Program-made: the position numbers and the translations under genes
Assembly: GCF_049819085.1 (NCBI RefSeq)
Contig: NZ_CP187419.1
Coordinates: 3,345,884 to 3,377,883 of the forward strand
Reading direction: 5' to 3'
Source: Anatilimnocola sp. NA78
Lineage (GTDB): Bacteria > Planctomycetota > Planctomycetia > Pirellulales > Pirellulaceae
Length of the DNA: 32,000 nt
The notes under the pieces: model-generated
Told to the model about the DNA's origin: nothing
The model's database searches: none
What the model saw: the letters and a program-made list of their open reading frames with translations, nothing else
In this document: positions 1 through 11,659 of the stretch, in pieces
Position numbering within the stretch: position 1 is the stretch's first letter
Layout of the letters: each line of letters begins with the position of its first letter

Positions 1-175
1 TGGCGACGGCACAGGCGAACTTGACCAGACCGAGCGCGTGGACCAACGCGGGTGGCAATGGCCAGCCGGAGACAGGGAAATTCTCGACGGCCCGCTGTGT
101 CTGGGCGCTGTAATAGGCCTGCGCGGGAACCTGGACCTCGCCCATCGAATCGCGTTCAACACGGAACTGAGTCAT
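1..175 (-). CDS. Class II fumarase/aspartate ammonia-lyase family protein, N-terminal 58 codons only. The gene continues past the left edge.
   Basis: ATG at 175-173. My translation is [58 protein letters not shown]. The RDSMG..VPA.AYYGAQTQRA.ENF pattern is typical of the AspA/FumC N-terminus. It is absent from the ORF track because it is open at the window edge. Confidence 0.6.
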   Translation of the reverse strand, partial: MTQFRVERDSMGEVQVPAQAYYSAQTQRAVENFPVSGWPLPPALVHALGLVKFACAVA

Positions 176-387
176 TGCAAAAAGACCTGCACGAAAGCTG
201 CGGAAAGGGTGAAAGAGGGAACGATAATCGTAGCGGGGAACGATTCTGGCTGCCACGGCGGCAGCGGCTTTCCGGCACGTTCGCTACGACCGGACCGGGC
301 TGGAAGGCGAAAAAACGAGTCGGCCAAAAATGGTCCGTAGTTCACTTGTCGAAACCTGAACTTCAAGCTAATTTAATGAGTCTCTGA

Positions 388-460
388 TCCCCTCTAGCTC
401 AGTTGGTAGAGCAGGCGGCTGTTAACCGCCGGGTCGCAGGTTCGAGTCCTGCGGGGGGAG
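388..460 (+). tRNA. tRNA-Asn (anticodon GTT)
   Basis: Cloverleaf read by hand. Acceptor stem tcccctc (388-394) pairs with gggggga (453-459). D-arm is tagctcagttggtagagc. Anticodon loop is ctGTTaa within ggcggctgttaaccgcc. T-arm is gcagg-ttcgagt-cctgc. Discriminator is g460 and no CCA is encoded. Confidence 0.9.
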
Positions 461-829
461 CTTTTCTTTTTTACCCGGAAACGGGATACCCTGCGGTTAA
501 CGCAGTTTGCCGGCCAGAGAGTCCCTCTGGCCGCTTGCGTTTACTAGAGAAACCGCAACGGGTTACGACGACGGCACGACTCTCTGACAGTCGTAGAATT
601 GGTCCTCCAATTCTACTTCGACCACTATCCCGCCGCTACCTTTCCGAGAACTCTCTGCGCTCTCTTCCCGCGGGGTCAAACGGGTTAACAACCTGATTGC
701 GTTCGCACCCCGACCGCAACCGGTCGCGAACGCTCGCTTTCGGCCTTCGGGTAACTTTGACCGGAGCGGCTGCCGCGGCTAGGATCGTCCATGTTGTACT
801 GAAGGAGTAATGTAGAAAAAGGGCGTGAA

Positions 830-1474
830 GTGGCGACAATCATAGCGGAATTGGACATGCCAAACGTCCGCGAACACTACCTTACTCGGGAGCGTACGCA
901 TGCCACTCTCTGGCAGTTGTTCGAAACCGGCCGTATCGAGGAGTACGTCAACCTTGCCTTGGGGATCACTGACCCTGCGGGCAACTATAGTGCGGCAGAA
1001 CATGGGCTTGGGCCCCGCATCCTGAACGAGAACACGCATCAGGAAGTTTTCGACCTAGCGACGGATATTCAGGCGTGCCCTAGCACCCACCATCTGCCAG
1101 ACCTGATAAACCGACACCGACTTCCGTACCTCAAAATCAGCGTCGGTTCCGAAATTGCGATGATGCTAAGGCCAAATGTCCACTGGGTCGGCAATGTCCG
1201 CACGATTTGGTCACATCTGCTCATCAAACACGGTGGCAAACGAAGCAAGGCCAACCAGGAGTTTAAGCTTTACAAGGACGGTGAAAGGAACTCGGAGATG
1301 GAATATCAGATTTGGCGCGACATCTACCTCGCGATTGAGCCGAACATCCTAATGGTTGGTCGCTTGGCCTCCGAGGCTGCGGCCGTTCAAGATATCGAAC
1401 CGGGGACACTTCGGTTTATGTGGCCGGACGCCGTGGCTAGTTTCTTGTACGACAAGTTCGCCAATTCTCGGTGA
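830..1474 (+). CDS. Hypothetical protein (214 aa), no motif recognised
   Basis: It is the only long ORF in this interval and has normal-looking composition. The start is GTG 830, with an alternative ATG at 857. It is convergent with the DUF499 gene. Confidence 0.45.
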   Translation: MATIIAELDMPNVREHYLTRERTHATLWQLFETGRIEEYVNLALGITDPAGNYSAAEHGLGPRILNENTHQEVFDLATDIQACPSTHHLPDLINRHRLPYLKISVGSEIAMMLRPNVHWVGNVRTIWSHLLIKHGGKRSKANQEFKLYKDGERNSEMEYQIWRDIYLAIEPNILMVGRLASEAAAVQDIEPGTLRFMWPDAVASFLYDKFANSR

Positions 1475-1612
1475 AAAACTTGACGCTAGTTTATTTGGGA
1501 ACGGTGGCGCGATGTCGAAAGCTGAGGAGAGCCTTCCCGCGTGGACGGAATCTGCGACGGTCGCACTACATGGAAAAAGTGGGTTGAGGGTAAAGTAAAC
1601 AGTTGTCTCTGA

Positions 1613-1918
1613 AGAGCTAGCAAGTGGGCTCAGCAGCGTGGAGCGTCGCCGGCTGACTTACCGACTCCGGCACAGTGGCGGTCGGCCATCTCGGCTTCAA
1701 TTGAGCGTTGCGGCGGCGTTGCTCACTACTCACGACTCGAATTATCGCTTGCACCGCCACGCAAATGCACAGACTGGAACTGGCCATCAATTGAGCACTT
1801 GGAGGGGCCGGGAATCGCAGCCGTCGCACTGGAAACTCGTTTGGTCAATGACATGAAAACTATCATGTCTGAAGCGGAGTTCAAGGAAATGATTGGTCAT
1901 CTGTCCGCCTCGTTATGA
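1613..1918 (+). pseudogene. Protein-like open frame of about 100 codons with no canonical start before codon 63. Possible gene remnant.
   Basis: The frame opens after TGA at 1610-1612 and ends at TGA 1916-1918. It reads ..KWAQQRGASPADLPTPAQWRSAISASIERCGGVAHYSRLELSLAPPRKCTDWNWPSIEHLEGPGIAAVALETRLVNDMKTIMSEAEFKEMIGHLSASL. There is no ATG or GTG before about 1853, and only a TTG near 1799. Confidence 0.25.
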
Positions 1919-2130
1919 GTTGCGGCTACCAGCCTTCCGGTAGGTTGGAATTGTCGCCGGTCATTTGCGGCTGAACAGCCTGACGAAGAGCCACCTCTCC
2001 CAGGGTAGGCCGGTGCCGCCGAGGATGTGCATCGAACCGGATAAGAGTCGGTGCGAAAATACATGCCTTCCTATCGTACGCGAAACGATCTGCACTTTTC
2101 AGCCGAGAGACACACGATGAATCAATCTGG

Positions 2131-4971
2131 CTAGTACTCCCAATCCTTAACCTTGAACCCCAAGCTCGTCGCGTTCTCGCTGACGGCGCGTTTTGTGGTG
2201 TCGCTCGCGCCGTTCGGGAAATCGGCGGCGATCTCCAGCGTGACCTTCACCGTGGCGTTCGGGTCGGCCGTCAGCAACGCGATGATTTCTTCCGCGATGG
2301 TGTTAAGCCGCGACTTCGCCAGCGTCGGATTGATCTCCACACTGCCGTGGAAAGACTTGGCCTTGGCGGCCGCGACGGTCGGGCCAGGGCCGGTCGGCTT
2401 GATTCCTGTGTCTGGCGTCGGCGTGACTGTGCCGGTCTCCATTGTCGGCTTGGTTTGGTCGCGCATCTCGCCCGCTTCCAGCGGTTTGGGCTCGATGCTC
2501 GCCATGATCTTCAGGACGTACTGTTTGGCAGCTTCCGGTTCGATCAGGAGCAGCGTTCCGTTGAACGACACGTCACCGTCACCGAACTTGAAGCCTTCGT
2601 ACTTATCGTCCTTGAAGCCATACGCCGTACCGAAGAAGTCCCGGCTCGCGGCTCCGTTGCGTATCACACCAGCAAGTACGTCGCGCGACTTCAAACGGGG
2701 CAGGTACAAGTAGCGCAGTGAATCCTCCCAGAACGCCATCGCCCCCACCGTGGGCTTCTCCGGCTTCCAGTAAAGCTCTTTCAGTTTGGCCCGTAGGTGG
2801 ATCGGCGACCACGCCTCGATCACCAGTTCGTTCTCTTTGCTCACTCGCTCCAGTTCGCCACTAGCCGTGCCGCTCGTGGTGTTGAGCGGGAACGGCTCGA
2901 CGTTTGGCTTCGTCGCCGTCGGATCATCCTGCACCGGGCAGAGCAGCCACTTGAAGCATTCGCGGGCCGCCTTCGGCAAGACCGCGTTCGCACTGGCCAA
3001 CTCCTTCTCGGCCTGATCCTGACGTGGTTGATCGATGACGAGCAATTTCGCTTTGATATCCGCGACGATACTTTCCCACGCTAGTGCCGTTCGCGTGGTA
3101 TCGCGCAGGCGGGTCAATACGGGGTAGTCGGGCGCGAGGAAGATAAGTCGGTTGGCCCGGTGCCGGGGTTGGCTGCCGTGTAGTTTCAAGTGCTCGAGAA
3201 CCGCGTCCGTTGCGGCCCGCGGGTCGTCCTTCGTGAAACCCTGCTCCAGCCCGAGGATCACGAGCCGCAAAGCGCTGTCGTCCGGCACGTCGCCATGAGC
3301 GGTGAAGACGTGGACGCCATCGAACGGTTGCACGCTGGCGAATAGCTTCTTTACCACCTCTTCGATCTTCTTCCGCACGTCGGTTTTGGGGTCGAACCGC
3401 TGCTTGCGGTCTTCCATCTCTCGCCGCAGGTTGGCCCGCGTGTCGAACCAGAAACGGGTCGTGTCGGCCGCCTTGTCGCCGCTGGAGTTCAGATAGTGCA
3501 GGCGATCGGCCAGGCGGTTGAGGGCGTCCGAGTAGACCGCCGAGGTTTGGCCCGGTTGCAGGCAGCCGAGCAGGATGCGTCCGCGATCCAATCCGCGGGT
3601 GCCGGGCTTGGTCGCCACGCTGCTGGGTGCGGTGCCGAGGAACAGCGTCCGCGCTACGCGGCGGGCCGCGTTCACCTGGCCGAAGCGGGGTTCCTTGCCT
3701 TCGAGTTCCGTCGTCTCGGCCCGGTCGCCGTCGATGTCCCCTTCGATCACCGGGTCCCAGCCCGCCGGCAGCAGGTAGGTCATCTCGTTGCGAACATCAC
3801 CACTCGCCAGCGGAATGCTCCCCGGCAGAATCACCAAGTCCTTGTTGTCGTTCTGCCACAGTCGGTAGATCACCTTGGCCATCAGCTTCAGCACGCCGCG
3901 GGTGCGCTGGAAGCCGTCGATGGTCGTCCAGTCCTCGTAGAGCCGGTCGAACACTTCCGGGTGAATCGGGTACGCCTGGCACAGCCGGTCGTAGTACCGC
4001 CCCTCGTGCGTCTCGCTCGGCAGCTTCGCCCCTTCGCTGACATACGCATCGGCGAACGCCCGGCAGACCGCGTCGCGGGTCTTCAAATCCTTGATCGGCT
4101 CGAACAACCGCCGCCGCACGATCTCGAACGCTTCCTCCGTGGCGACCGGCTTCCACAGCGCCTGCACGCGGCCAAAACGCTTCTCCAAAGCCTTGAGCGC
4201 CGCCGCGCCGCGGGTGCCGCCTACTTCGGTGTTGCTCTCCGGCAAGCTCGCCAGCACCACCGCTGTCGGCACCAGCTTCACCGCTTCGGTGAGGGCTTGA
4301 ATGAACGACAGGTTGCTGTCGTAGGTGCCGCCGGTGAGAGTCTTTCCTTCCTCGAACTGGCCGATGTACGCGACCAGTTCGTCCATCAGCACCACGCACG
4401 GGGCCGCGTTCTCCAGGAGCGTCTTCAGCACTTCCTTGCCGGGCGAGGTGCCGTTGCCGTCGGCTTCCTTCACGAGGTCGAACGCTTCGCCCTTGCCGAG
4501 CTGCCAGGCGAGTTCGCCCCACAGTGTCTTGATCGTGGTGCGGCCGCGTTTCCAGCCTTGCCCCGGCGAATGGGCCGTGCCGTCGAGTACGGCCACGGTC
4601 GCCTTGGGTACGTCCATCAGCCCGGCCTTCTCCACCAGCGTGGGGATGCCGTGCAGGTCGTTGAGGGCGCCCTGCCGGCTGGCGAGGTGCAGCACGGCCA
4701 GCATCGTATGCGTCTTGCCGCCGCCGAACGCCGTCTGCAACTGGATGACCGGCTCGCCCCCCTGGCCGCTGAGCCGCTGGGCGACCTGCGTCAGCAGCAA
4801 CCGCATCCCTTCGGTGATGTACGTCCGCTCGAAGAATGCGGCCGCGTCCTGGTATTCCTGCGGGGCTTTGCCCGAATGCACAGCGGAAATGTCCGCGGCA
4901 AACTCGGCCTGCTGGAAGGTTCCTTTGAGCACGTCCGCATGCGGGACGGCGATCTCGCGCCAGGGCTTCAT
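2131..4971 (-). CDS. DUF499-type P-loop ATPase (946 aa), third gene of the helicase/methylase/ATPase operon
   Basis: Start reassigned to ATG 4971 ([31 protein letters not shown]...). It overlaps the upstream stop in an ATGA. Walker A is [11 protein letters not shown] and Walker B-like is [11 protein letters not shown]. The N-terminal wording is what I recall for DUF499 (COG1483). The 147-codon Arg-rich extension in the ORF track lies inside the methylase gene and is rejected. Confidence 0.85.
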   Translation of the reverse strand: MKPWREIAVPHADVLKGTFQQAEFAADISAVHSGKAPQEYQDAAAFFERTYITEGMRLLLTQVAQRLSGQGGEPVIQLQTAFGGGKTHTMLAVLHLASRQGALNDLHGIPTLVEKAGLMDVPKATVAVLDGTAHSPGQGWKRGRTTIKTLWGELAWQLGKGEAFDLVKEADGNGTSPGKEVLKTLLENAAPCVVLMDELVAYIGQFEEGKTLTGGTYDSNLSFIQALTEAVKLVPTAVVLASLPESNTEVGGTRGAAALKALEKRFGRVQALWKPVATEEAFEIVRRRLFEPIKDLKTRDAVCRAFADAYVSEGAKLPSETHEGRYYDRLCQAYPIHPEVFDRLYEDWTTIDGFQRTRGVLKLMAKVIYRLWQNDNKDLVILPGSIPLASGDVRNEMTYLLPAGWDPVIEGDIDGDRAETTELEGKEPRFGQVNAARRVARTLFLGTAPSSVATKPGTRGLDRGRILLGCLQPGQTSAVYSDALNRLADRLHYLNSSGDKAADTTRFWFDTRANLRREMEDRKQRFDPKTDVRKKIEEVVKKLFASVQPFDGVHVFTAHGDVPDDSALRLVILGLEQGFTKDDPRAATDAVLEHLKLHGSQPRHRANRLIFLAPDYPVLTRLRDTTRTALAWESIVADIKAKLLVIDQPRQDQAEKELASANAVLPKAARECFKWLLCPVQDDPTATKPNVEPFPLNTTSGTASGELERVSKENELVIEAWSPIHLRAKLKELYWKPEKPTVGAMAFWEDSLRYLYLPRLKSRDVLAGVIRNGAASRDFFGTAYGFKDDKYEGFKFGDGDVSFNGTLLLIEPEAAKQYVLKIMASIEPKPLEAGEMRDQTKPTMETGTVTPTPDTGIKPTGPGPTVAAAKAKSFHGSVEINPTLAKSRLNTIAEEIIALLTADPNATVKVTLEIAADFPNGASDTTKRAVSENATSLGFKVKDWEY

Positions 4972-7892
4972 GATGTCTCCTCGCCGTCGAACAGCGTGCC
5001 TTGTTTCGGTTGGGGAATCTTCGCGGCGGTGCTTTCGATGCCGCTCCAACCTGTGACCAGTTCGTTGTACCGCCGGGCGTCCTCGGCGCGGTTGGCCCGC
5101 TCGCAGAGGGTGTAAAGACGGTACGCCAACTGCCGGGCGGCTTCCGTCTTGCCGGCGGTCCTGGGGTGAGCGTAGATGCGGGCCGTGAGGGTGTCCCCGC
5201 CGACGCGCTGGGCCGCGATCATCTCGTGCAGCACCTGCCAGACGGGGATGCGCGGGTCGGCGTCGATGTCCCAGTCGGCTTCCAATTCTGCCGGGGAATA
5301 GAGCTGCACGTTGCCGCCGCCGCTTTTCAGTACACCGGCCTGCCGCACGCCCTCCACGCTCGTCCCCTTGGACCGGGCGAGCACGTCGGCCTCGCCGAAC
5401 TTGCCCGCTTCCCAAGCGTGCTGCTCGAACCAGTGCAGGCAGAACTGCGTATCGGCGTCGAAGTCGTCCTCGGCCAGGAAGCGGTTGATGAGTTGCAGGG
5501 CGGTCTTCACCGTCATTGGCGTGCCGTCGGCTTCCAGCACGGCATCGTAACGGCTGAAGATCGCCATGCCGGGGCCGATGATCGCCTGCGACAAGTCCAC
5601 TGGGGCGACCGGCGAGTGCAGCCCTTCGCTCTCGCGGGTCATGGCGTCGAGGGCAAACGGCAAGGCTTCGTTGAGAAGACGAATGAACTTGCGGCGGTCG
5701 ATGGTGCCCGCTTTTTTCAGTCGCGGGCGACAGACGAGGATGATGGAAGAAGCAAGGGCATTAGACTCAAGATCACGTGAGCGCCCTGATCGCTCAGTTC
5801 GCATTGGCCAAGTGCCAGAAATGGCCAAGCCGGACTTCAGCACCGCTTCGAGAAATGTTTCCCAACCGGTTGAGGAAGTGCCTTCCGTGGTGCCCGATTC
5901 GGATTGCTTGAAGGCGTAGTAGATAGTGAGGGGGGCGGCCGGATGGGCCTGCACAGCAATGTTGTGCATCGTCTGCGTCATGCCGTCAAGGAAGAATTTT
6001 TCGGCCTTCTCTTGGCTTCCATGACGGTACGCGGTGGCTACGAGTTCCTCCGCTTTCGGCACCGCGATAGTTGCAAGCAGGTAGGGAAAAACCGGGCGCA
6101 GTGTCTGCCGCAACCAGACATAGAAGAAGTCAGACAAATCCGCGTAGGCAATATTGTCGTAGTACGGAGGATCGCAGGAAACGAAGCGATTCTGGCTTAA
6201 GACCTGACGTTGCGCGTCGGCCTGTGTGACTGTTGAAGCAATAGCAGCTGGTAGCGCTCCCAAGACGACTTTCACAACTGCGTCGATAATCTTCGTGAAA
6301 CTCCCACTTGAGTCAGCGAACGGGTTCGACTCGCCAAAATCCCACGTCATCGGTAGTGCCTGTCGCCGGAATGTGCTGACCACGAGTTCATTCTTCGGAG
6401 AGTTACTCCATGTGCATATCGAACTGTGACATTCGGTGAACTTGTCAACTGCACACGCGAGATACACGCTTACCGCTTCGGCATATGCCTTGGCCCCGGT
6501 CCCGCAGGCGTCGAGCCCTCGTTCGTCGGACATAACTCCAGCCGCTACCGCGTCACACCGAATCCGCTCTGTGACCTCGCCGAGCAAATCCACACATGTT
6601 GAGAGGATTACGAGTTGCCGTCGAGTAAACAGGCTTGCCCAAGTGTTGAGTCCAAATCTATGGGCTTGTGCTCCACCGCCTGTCAACTGCGGGGGTGTCT
6701 CGCCCTCCGGTTGCCAAGCAGGCAGTGCTTCCCGTGCAACCACCTCATGCTCAGTCGTCGGTGCCAGATACACTCTGCCTTTGGTTCCCTCGGCGACTAT
6801 CGCCATTAACTTCTGGCCGAGCCCTGGTGGCTGAGTATTTCCTTCGCCGAGGATGTAGTCGTAGTCGATTGGCACATTTGACATTAGGCAACGGAAAGCA
6901 GCGCGTTTCCCGGCTGAGGTTCCGGCCTTTGCCTCGGCGGGGGGCTTGCCGACCTTCACCGTGAAGGTGTAGCCAGACTTGCCGACGACCGGCTGCACAT
7001 ACGCTTCCTTGCCGTCCTTGCTGCTGAGGATGAACGTGCTGGCCAGCGGCACCTCGACAGTGCTGAATGCCGGGTTCGGGCTTTTCACCGTTCGCGTCCA
7101 AAGCCAGGCAATCACCGTGAGCTTCTCGCCTTCGTATTGCTTCAGGTCGGGCCGCTCCTTTACCACTGCCTTCGTGATCTCAATCGGCGGGTAGAGATGG
7201 CCGATGCGTTTGAAGGCTTCATCCCGCATCCACTGGCCGTAGCGGCGCACGTCCGCGGCCAGCCCGGCCGCGCCGTTCCAACTCGTGAGGGCCGTGTTCG
7301 CACCGGGAAACACCGGCGGCTGGCCCGCGAACTTCGGCGGAATCTCGATCATCGCTTTGTTGATAAGCACCGCGACGGGGTTCAGGTCGCTGGCGAACGC
7401 CTCCAATCCGAGACGCTGGGCTTCGAGCGGGATCGTCCCACCGCCAGCGAACGGGTCGTGCAAGCCGGGCATCTTCTCCGGGTCGAAGAGCGTCTTGGCG
7501 TCCGGGTGGTTCTTGTTCAGTTCGCAGGTGTCGCGCCAGCTTTGGCGGATCGCCTCGCGGGCCGGCTTCAGCACCGCTTCGTTCGTGGTGTTCTCCCAGA
7601 GCACCAGGTCTTCGATGATCTTGAAGAGCGTTGCCCGAGCTTTCGTCCAGTGCCCCTTGTGCTGTTTGTTCGGTTCCTTACCGGGGTTCTGGCACTTCCA
7701 GAGGTCTTCGGGGTCGTTGACGAGTTGCGAGAAGATGACGGCCCGCGCCGCCGCGAGCGGACGCCGGGCCCACCAGAGGTGCAGCGTGGACGGGTGCCCG
7801 TGGCGAATCGACTTCTCCCGCGCCGACGCGACGTTGATGGCATCCAGCGGCAGCGCCACTTCGATGAGCTTCTTCGGAGAGATGATGGTCAC
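4968..7892 (-). CDS. DUF1156-type DNA methyltransferase (974 aa), N6-adenine/N4-cytosine class
   Basis: The N-terminus [44 protein letters not shown] is the DUF1156 signature. The SAM motif I is [17 protein letters not shown] and the catalytic motif IV is [13 protein letters not shown] start at 7892 overlaps the helicase stop as GTGA. Confidence 0.9.
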   Translation of the reverse strand: MTIISPKKLIEVALPLDAINVASAREKSIRHGHPSTLHLWWARRPLAAARAVIFSQLVNDPEDLWKCQNPGKEPNKQHKGHWTKARATLFKIIEDLVLWENTTNEAVLKPAREAIRQSWRDTCELNKNHPDAKTLFDPEKMPGLHDPFAGGGTIPLEAQRLGLEAFASDLNPVAVLINKAMIEIPPKFAGQPPVFPGANTALTSWNGAAGLAADVRRYGQWMRDEAFKRIGHLYPPIEITKAVVKERPDLKQYEGEKLTVIAWLWTRTVKSPNPAFSTVEVPLASTFILSSKDGKEAYVQPVVGKSGYTFTVKVGKPPAEAKAGTSAGKRAAFRCLMSNVPIDYDYILGEGNTQPPGLGQKLMAIVAEGTKGRVYLAPTTEHEVVAREALPAWQPEGETPPQLTGGGAQAHRFGLNTWASLFTRRQLVILSTCVDLLGEVTERIRCDAVAAGVMSDERGLDACGTGAKAYAEAVSVYLACAVDKFTECHSSICTWSNSPKNELVVSTFRRQALPMTWDFGESNPFADSSGSFTKIIDAVVKVVLGALPAAIASTVTQADAQRQVLSQNRFVSCDPPYYDNIAYADLSDFFYVWLRQTLRPVFPYLLATIAVPKAEELVATAYRHGSQEKAEKFFLDGMTQTMHNIAVQAHPAAPLTIYYAFKQSESGTTEGTSSTGWETFLEAVLKSGLAISGTWPMRTERSGRSRDLESNALASSIILVCRPRLKKAGTIDRRKFIRLLNEALPFALDAMTRESEGLHSPVAPVDLSQAIIGPGMAIFSRYDAVLEADGTPMTVKTALQLINRFLAEDDFDADTQFCLHWFEQHAWEAGKFGEADVLARSKGTSVEGVRQAGVLKSGGGNVQLYSPAELEADWDIDADPRIPVWQVLHEMIAAQRVGGDTLTARIYAHPRTAGKTEAARQLAYRLYTLCERANRAEDARRYNELVTGWSGIESTAAKIPQPKQGTLFDGEETS

Positions 7893-10800
7893 GCGTTCCC
7901 CTTCGCCCGCTTGAGCAGTTCGGCAATCTTGTAGTTGACGCTGGCGATGCCGAACTCCGGCTCACGCTGGAAGGGGTTGCCGAGGTAGTGCGGTCCCTGC
8001 ACGCTATCGTCCGGGTTCACGAAGACGAGGGCCAACTCGAACTTCGCCGCCTGGTTGAAGGCGTAGAGCAGTTCGTTGTGCGTGACGCAGATCGTGTCCG
8101 CCCCGGCGAAGCGGCCTTTCACCTCGATGTGCTTCGGGTCCGGCTGGATGGTATTGACCACCGGCGGGTAGCTTGTGACATCCCAGCCACATTTTTCCTT
8201 GCTCACATCGACGACGCGGTGCCCCTTGGCCGCCTCCGCGTCCATCACCGCCTTCATGGCCAGGTCTTCGACACGCTTGCGGTCGGCGGCCTCGGCGGGC
8301 GTGATCGCGGAGCCATCGCCCTTGGCCTGCCGCAATAGCCCTGCCGGCACGACGAGCGCGCCGCCGAGGATCACGGGGGTTCCGTTCTGCACCTGCCGCA
8401 TCGCTTGCAGGTCCTTTTTGCGGCCGTCGAGCCGGCTTTGCAGGTCGTCGAGCGTCTTCTTGACGTTGTCGATCTTGAGCCGCATATCCCGCCCCGCCGC
8501 GAGGTCGTCCTTGAACTTGATTTCGCGGTCGGTCCAGAAGGCGATTTCCTTGGTCAGTCGTTCGTGGACGGCGGCGAGGGTTTTATCGACGTGCTCGATG
8601 CGACGTCCGGCGACTTCCGCGAAGTGCTCCGGCACCAGCGACCCGGCCGCAAGGGCGATGGCCTTCTGCTCCTGGTCGGTGCGAATCCAGTCGGCGTTGA
8701 GCAGATCGGTGATGCGGGGCCGGTCGGCGTCTGGGAGCGGTTCGAGATCGAGGTGCGGTGCCCAACCGGCGAACGCGGCGGAGCCGTCCGGGTTCACGCG
8801 GATGAACTGCATCCGCTTGGAGAGGACGACGCCATCGCCCCCTTTGACCTCGTGCGTGAGCAGGAAGAGAAGCCAGGGGGTCGCACCGTCGTCGGCAGGA
8901 TCGAGCAGCACCGTACCGCGACGGAGCAGGTTGGCGTTCTGCTCGAGGATCATGTCCGTCAGCGACAGCATGAGCGGATGGCCGGGGTGCATGAGCATGG
9001 CGCGGGCGAGGCCGGGCTTGTCGCTCGGCTGGATCGCCTCGCGGGTGAAGGCGACGCGGTCGTATCGCTTGAGAACGGGCTCGTTCTCGCGGCGGTTGCG
9101 GCCGGTGAGGCGGCGGTCTCGTTCCCGAATCGCGGCGGGAACGTGCGTGATCTCCCAGCGTTCGGATTCTCGCTTGTGGATGGTGCCGCCGAGGCTGTCG
9201 AAGGCCTTGAGGAAGAACGACCGGACGAAGAATGGCTGGAGCCGCCGGGCCTCGGCCTTCTCCATCTCTTCCTTCACCTTGAAGAGCCGATCGGCGGACA
9301 TGGTTTCCTGAGCCAGCGCACTGCGGTTGAGCAGATTCTTCAAGTGCTCGTGGTCGAAGGCGTGTTCGATGGTCTGCGAGAGCTTGGCCCGGATTTCCGG
9401 TCTGTCGCCGTAGCGAATGGCTTCGATCAGCAATTCCTTCAGGCTCTTCTCCTCGAAGACGTCGCCGAGGATGTTGAATACCTTGCCTTTGAGCGCCTCG
9501 CACTCGACCGCGAGCTTTTCGAGCAGCCGGTGCCAGACGTCGCCTTCGCGGGTCTCCTTGGCGACGAGGCTCCAGAGGTGGCAGACTTCGGTTTGGCCAA
9601 TGCGGTGGATGCGGCCGAACCGCTGTTCAAGGCGGTTAGGGTTCCAGGGCAGGTCGTAGTTCACCATCAGGTGGGCACACTGGAGGTTCACGCCTTCGCC
9701 CGCGGCGTCGGTGGCGATCAGTACGCGGGTATCGGGGTCCGAACGGAACAGGGCCTGCGACTTCTTGCGTTCGTCTTTGTTCGTGCCGCCGTGGATGGTG
9801 ATGATACTGTCGGCCGAGCCGAGCACACCGGCGATCTTGGCGTGCAGGTAATTAAGCGTGTCGCGGTGCTCGGAAAAAATGATGATCTTGTGCAGGCGAC
9901 CGCTGGCGTCGTGCATCTCGGGGTTGTTTTGTAGGATCTTCGAGAGCTCATCCCACTTACGATCCATGCCCGACACGACCACCTCCTTTGCCTGCTTCTC
10001 CAAGTCCGCGAGGATGAGGATTTCCGCTTCGAGTTCGGCGATGGTCTTCGCAGCCGTTGCCTGATCGACCAGCTTCTCTTCGAGGTTCTCCTGCTCGTCG
10101 GCATTCAGGTCGTCGTCGTCCTCGGGAACGTAGTCCACGGTTTCTGCGAGGAGTTGCTTGCCCCGGTCGCCGAGCTTCTCGGCCCGGAGACGCTCGCTCA
10201 GGCGGTCCTTCCGGCGGCGAAGCGACTGGTAGATGGCCTCCGGGCTGGAGGCGAGACGACGTTGCAGTGTGGTGAGCGCGAAGCCGACCGAGCCTTTGCG
10301 GGAGCCGCCGAGTTGATCGGCCTTGCCCATTTCCGTGCGGACGTAGTTCGTGACAGTCTCGTACAGCTTGGCTTCGGCATCCGAGAGCTTGTAGTTGGCG
10401 GTGTAGGCTTTGCGTTCAGGAAACAGAGGGGTGTTGTCGAACTTGACCAGTTCCTCTTTGACCATGCGACGCATGAGATCACTGGTATCGACCTTGTGGG
10501 TACCATCGCGGGGCTTGCCGTAGAAGCGATCCGAATCGAGCAACGAGAGGAAGAGTTGAAAGTCTTCCTCTTTGCCATTGTGCGGCGTGGCGGTCATCAA
10601 CAGCAGGTGACGGGTATCCCCGCCCAGCCGCTCGGCGAACCGGAATCGCGCGGTCTTGTCGATCTTCGACCCGAAAAAGTGGGCGGCGAGCTTGTGCGCT
10701 TCGTCGAAGACGACCAGATCCCATCCGGCGGAACAGAGCTTGGCCTGGAGCAGGCTCGGCTTTTTTTCGTTGCCGTCGTCCTCTTCGCCACGTGAGAACT

Positions 10801-11416
10801 GGTCGAGCCGAACGATCAACAGGTTGTGATCCTCGAAGACATTTCCGCTGGGCGACGATGCGTCGCCGCCGGCGAAGACTTGGAACGTCAGACCAAACTT
10901 CTCGAACAGCTCGTCCTTCCACTGATCGACCAGGCTGCCGGGCGCGACGATGAGCACGCGACGAGCGTCCGCCCGCATGATCAGTTCGCGGATATAGAGC
11001 CCGGCCATGATCGTCTTGCCAGCCCCGGGATCGTCGGCGAGGACATACCGGAGCGGTTGGCGGGGCAGCATCGATTCGTAAACGGCGGTGATTTGGTGCG
11101 GAAGAGGATCGACGTTGGAGGTGTGGACGGCCATCATCGGATCGAAGAGGAACGCGAGGTCAATCCGCTTGGCTTCGCAGGCCAGTTGTAACGCGGCCGC
11201 GTCACCGTCAAACGCCCATGGCCGCTCGACCGTGGCGACGGAGATGCTCGCTTCGTCGGCGGGGCCGAGGAGACGTTCCTTGAAACTCCCGTCAGGCAGC
11301 TTATAGAAGACCTGAACAGCGTTGTGTGCGTACGGCGTGACTTGGATGATGATGCACACACGATCCGGCTCCAGGCCGACGAGGGCGAGACCGGGTTTGA
11401 GGTCGGCCAATTTCAT
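7889..11416 (-). CDS. SNF2/superfamily-2 helicase with a C-terminal PD-(D/E)xK-like (DUF3883-like) nuclease domain (1175 aa)
   Basis: Start set to ATG 11416 (MKLADLKPG), preceded by AAGGGAGA. Helicase motifs are [13 protein letters not shown] (I), VFDEAHKL (II), [10 protein letters not shown] (III) and [11 protein letters not shown] (VI). The C-terminus [10 protein letters not shown]...HIEVKG...THNE fits a restriction-endonuclease fold. Confidence 0.85.
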   Translation of the reverse strand: MKLADLKPGLALVGLEPDRVCIIIQVTPYAHNAVQVFYKLPDGSFKERLLGPADEASISVATVERPWAFDGDAAALQLACEAKRIDLAFLFDPMMAVHTSNVDPLPHQITAVYESMLPRQPLRYVLADDPGAGKTIMAGLYIRELIMRADARRVLIVAPGSLVDQWKDELFEKFGLTFQVFAGGDASSPSGNVFEDHNLLIVRLDQFSRGEEDDGNEKKPSLLQAKLCSAGWDLVVFDEAHKLAAHFFGSKIDKTARFRFAERLGGDTRHLLLMTATPHNGKEEDFQLFLSLLDSDRFYGKPRDGTHKVDTSDLMRRMVKEELVKFDNTPLFPERKAYTANYKLSDAEAKLYETVTNYVRTEMGKADQLGGSRKGSVGFALTTLQRRLASSPEAIYQSLRRRKDRLSERLRAEKLGDRGKQLLAETVDYVPEDDDDLNADEQENLEEKLVDQATAAKTIAELEAEILILADLEKQAKEVVVSGMDRKWDELSKILQNNPEMHDASGRLHKIIIFSEHRDTLNYLHAKIAGVLGSADSIITIHGGTNKDERKKSQALFRSDPDTRVLIATDAAGEGVNLQCAHLMVNYDLPWNPNRLEQRFGRIHRIGQTEVCHLWSLVAKETREGDVWHRLLEKLAVECEALKGKVFNILGDVFEEKSLKELLIEAIRYGDRPEIRAKLSQTIEHAFDHEHLKNLLNRSALAQETMSADRLFKVKEEMEKAEARRLQPFFVRSFFLKAFDSLGGTIHKRESERWEITHVPAAIRERDRRLTGRNRRENEPVLKRYDRVAFTREAIQPSDKPGLARAMLMHPGHPLMLSLTDMILEQNANLLRRGTVLLDPADDGATPWLLFLLTHEVKGGDGVVLSKRMQFIRVNPDGSAAFAGWAPHLDLEPLPDADRPRITDLLNADWIRTDQEQKAIALAAGSLVPEHFAEVAGRRIEHVDKTLAAVHERLTKEIAFWTDREIKFKDDLAAGRDMRLKIDNVKKTLDDLQSRLDGRKKDLQAMRQVQNGTPVILGGALVVPAGLLRQAKGDGSAITPAEAADRKRVEDLAMKAVMDAEAAKGHRVVDVSKEKCGWDVTSYPPVVNTIQPDPKHIEVKGRFAGADTICVTHNELLYAFNQAAKFELALVFVNPDDSVQGPHYLGNPFQREPEFGIASVNYKIAELLKRAKGNA

Positions 11417-11659
11417 GAAGTCTCCCTTCGCCGGACTTTCCGCGCTTGTCTTGGTGCCTCCGGCCCCTTGGCAGACTGGTCGCTGAGTTTCGGACAAGAA
11501 ACGGACGGATAGCTTACCGGACCTACTCGCTTCCGCACAGGTCGGTAGCGTTTACCGGAGCTTGCCCGAGCGATCGATTAACAGCAGCACAATCCCTGCT
11601 ACCCCGGCAACGTGACCAGAGACCCCTTACGCAAACCGTCTCGTTCACGGGGCCCACAT

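Noticed and set aside
3496-5115. Long plus-strand ORFs antisense to the helicase/methylase/ATPase operon. Examples are 3496..5115, 5001..5780, 7137..7934, 8175..9311, 8405..9934 and 10154..10795.
   Set aside because: These are shadow ORFs typical of GC-rich coding DNA. They have Arg/Ala/Gly/Pro-biased translations and no motifs, and each overlaps a gene with strong family signatures on the other strand.
4972-5415. N-terminal 147-codon extension of track ORF 2131..5415 ([14 protein letters not shown]...)
   Set aside because: It is extremely Arg/Gly/Pro-rich and lies entirely inside the 3' end of the methyltransferase gene. A start at ATG 4971 gives a typical DUF499 N-terminus and an ATGA overlap with the upstream stop.
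2131-11416. Classifying the helicase/methylase/ATPase operon as BREX or DISARM
   Set aside because: There is no PglZ phosphatase, no BrxC/PglY-type or BrxL gene, and no DUF1998/DrmA-DrmB or PLD gene. The methylase has the DUF1156 N-terminus rather than a PglX layout.
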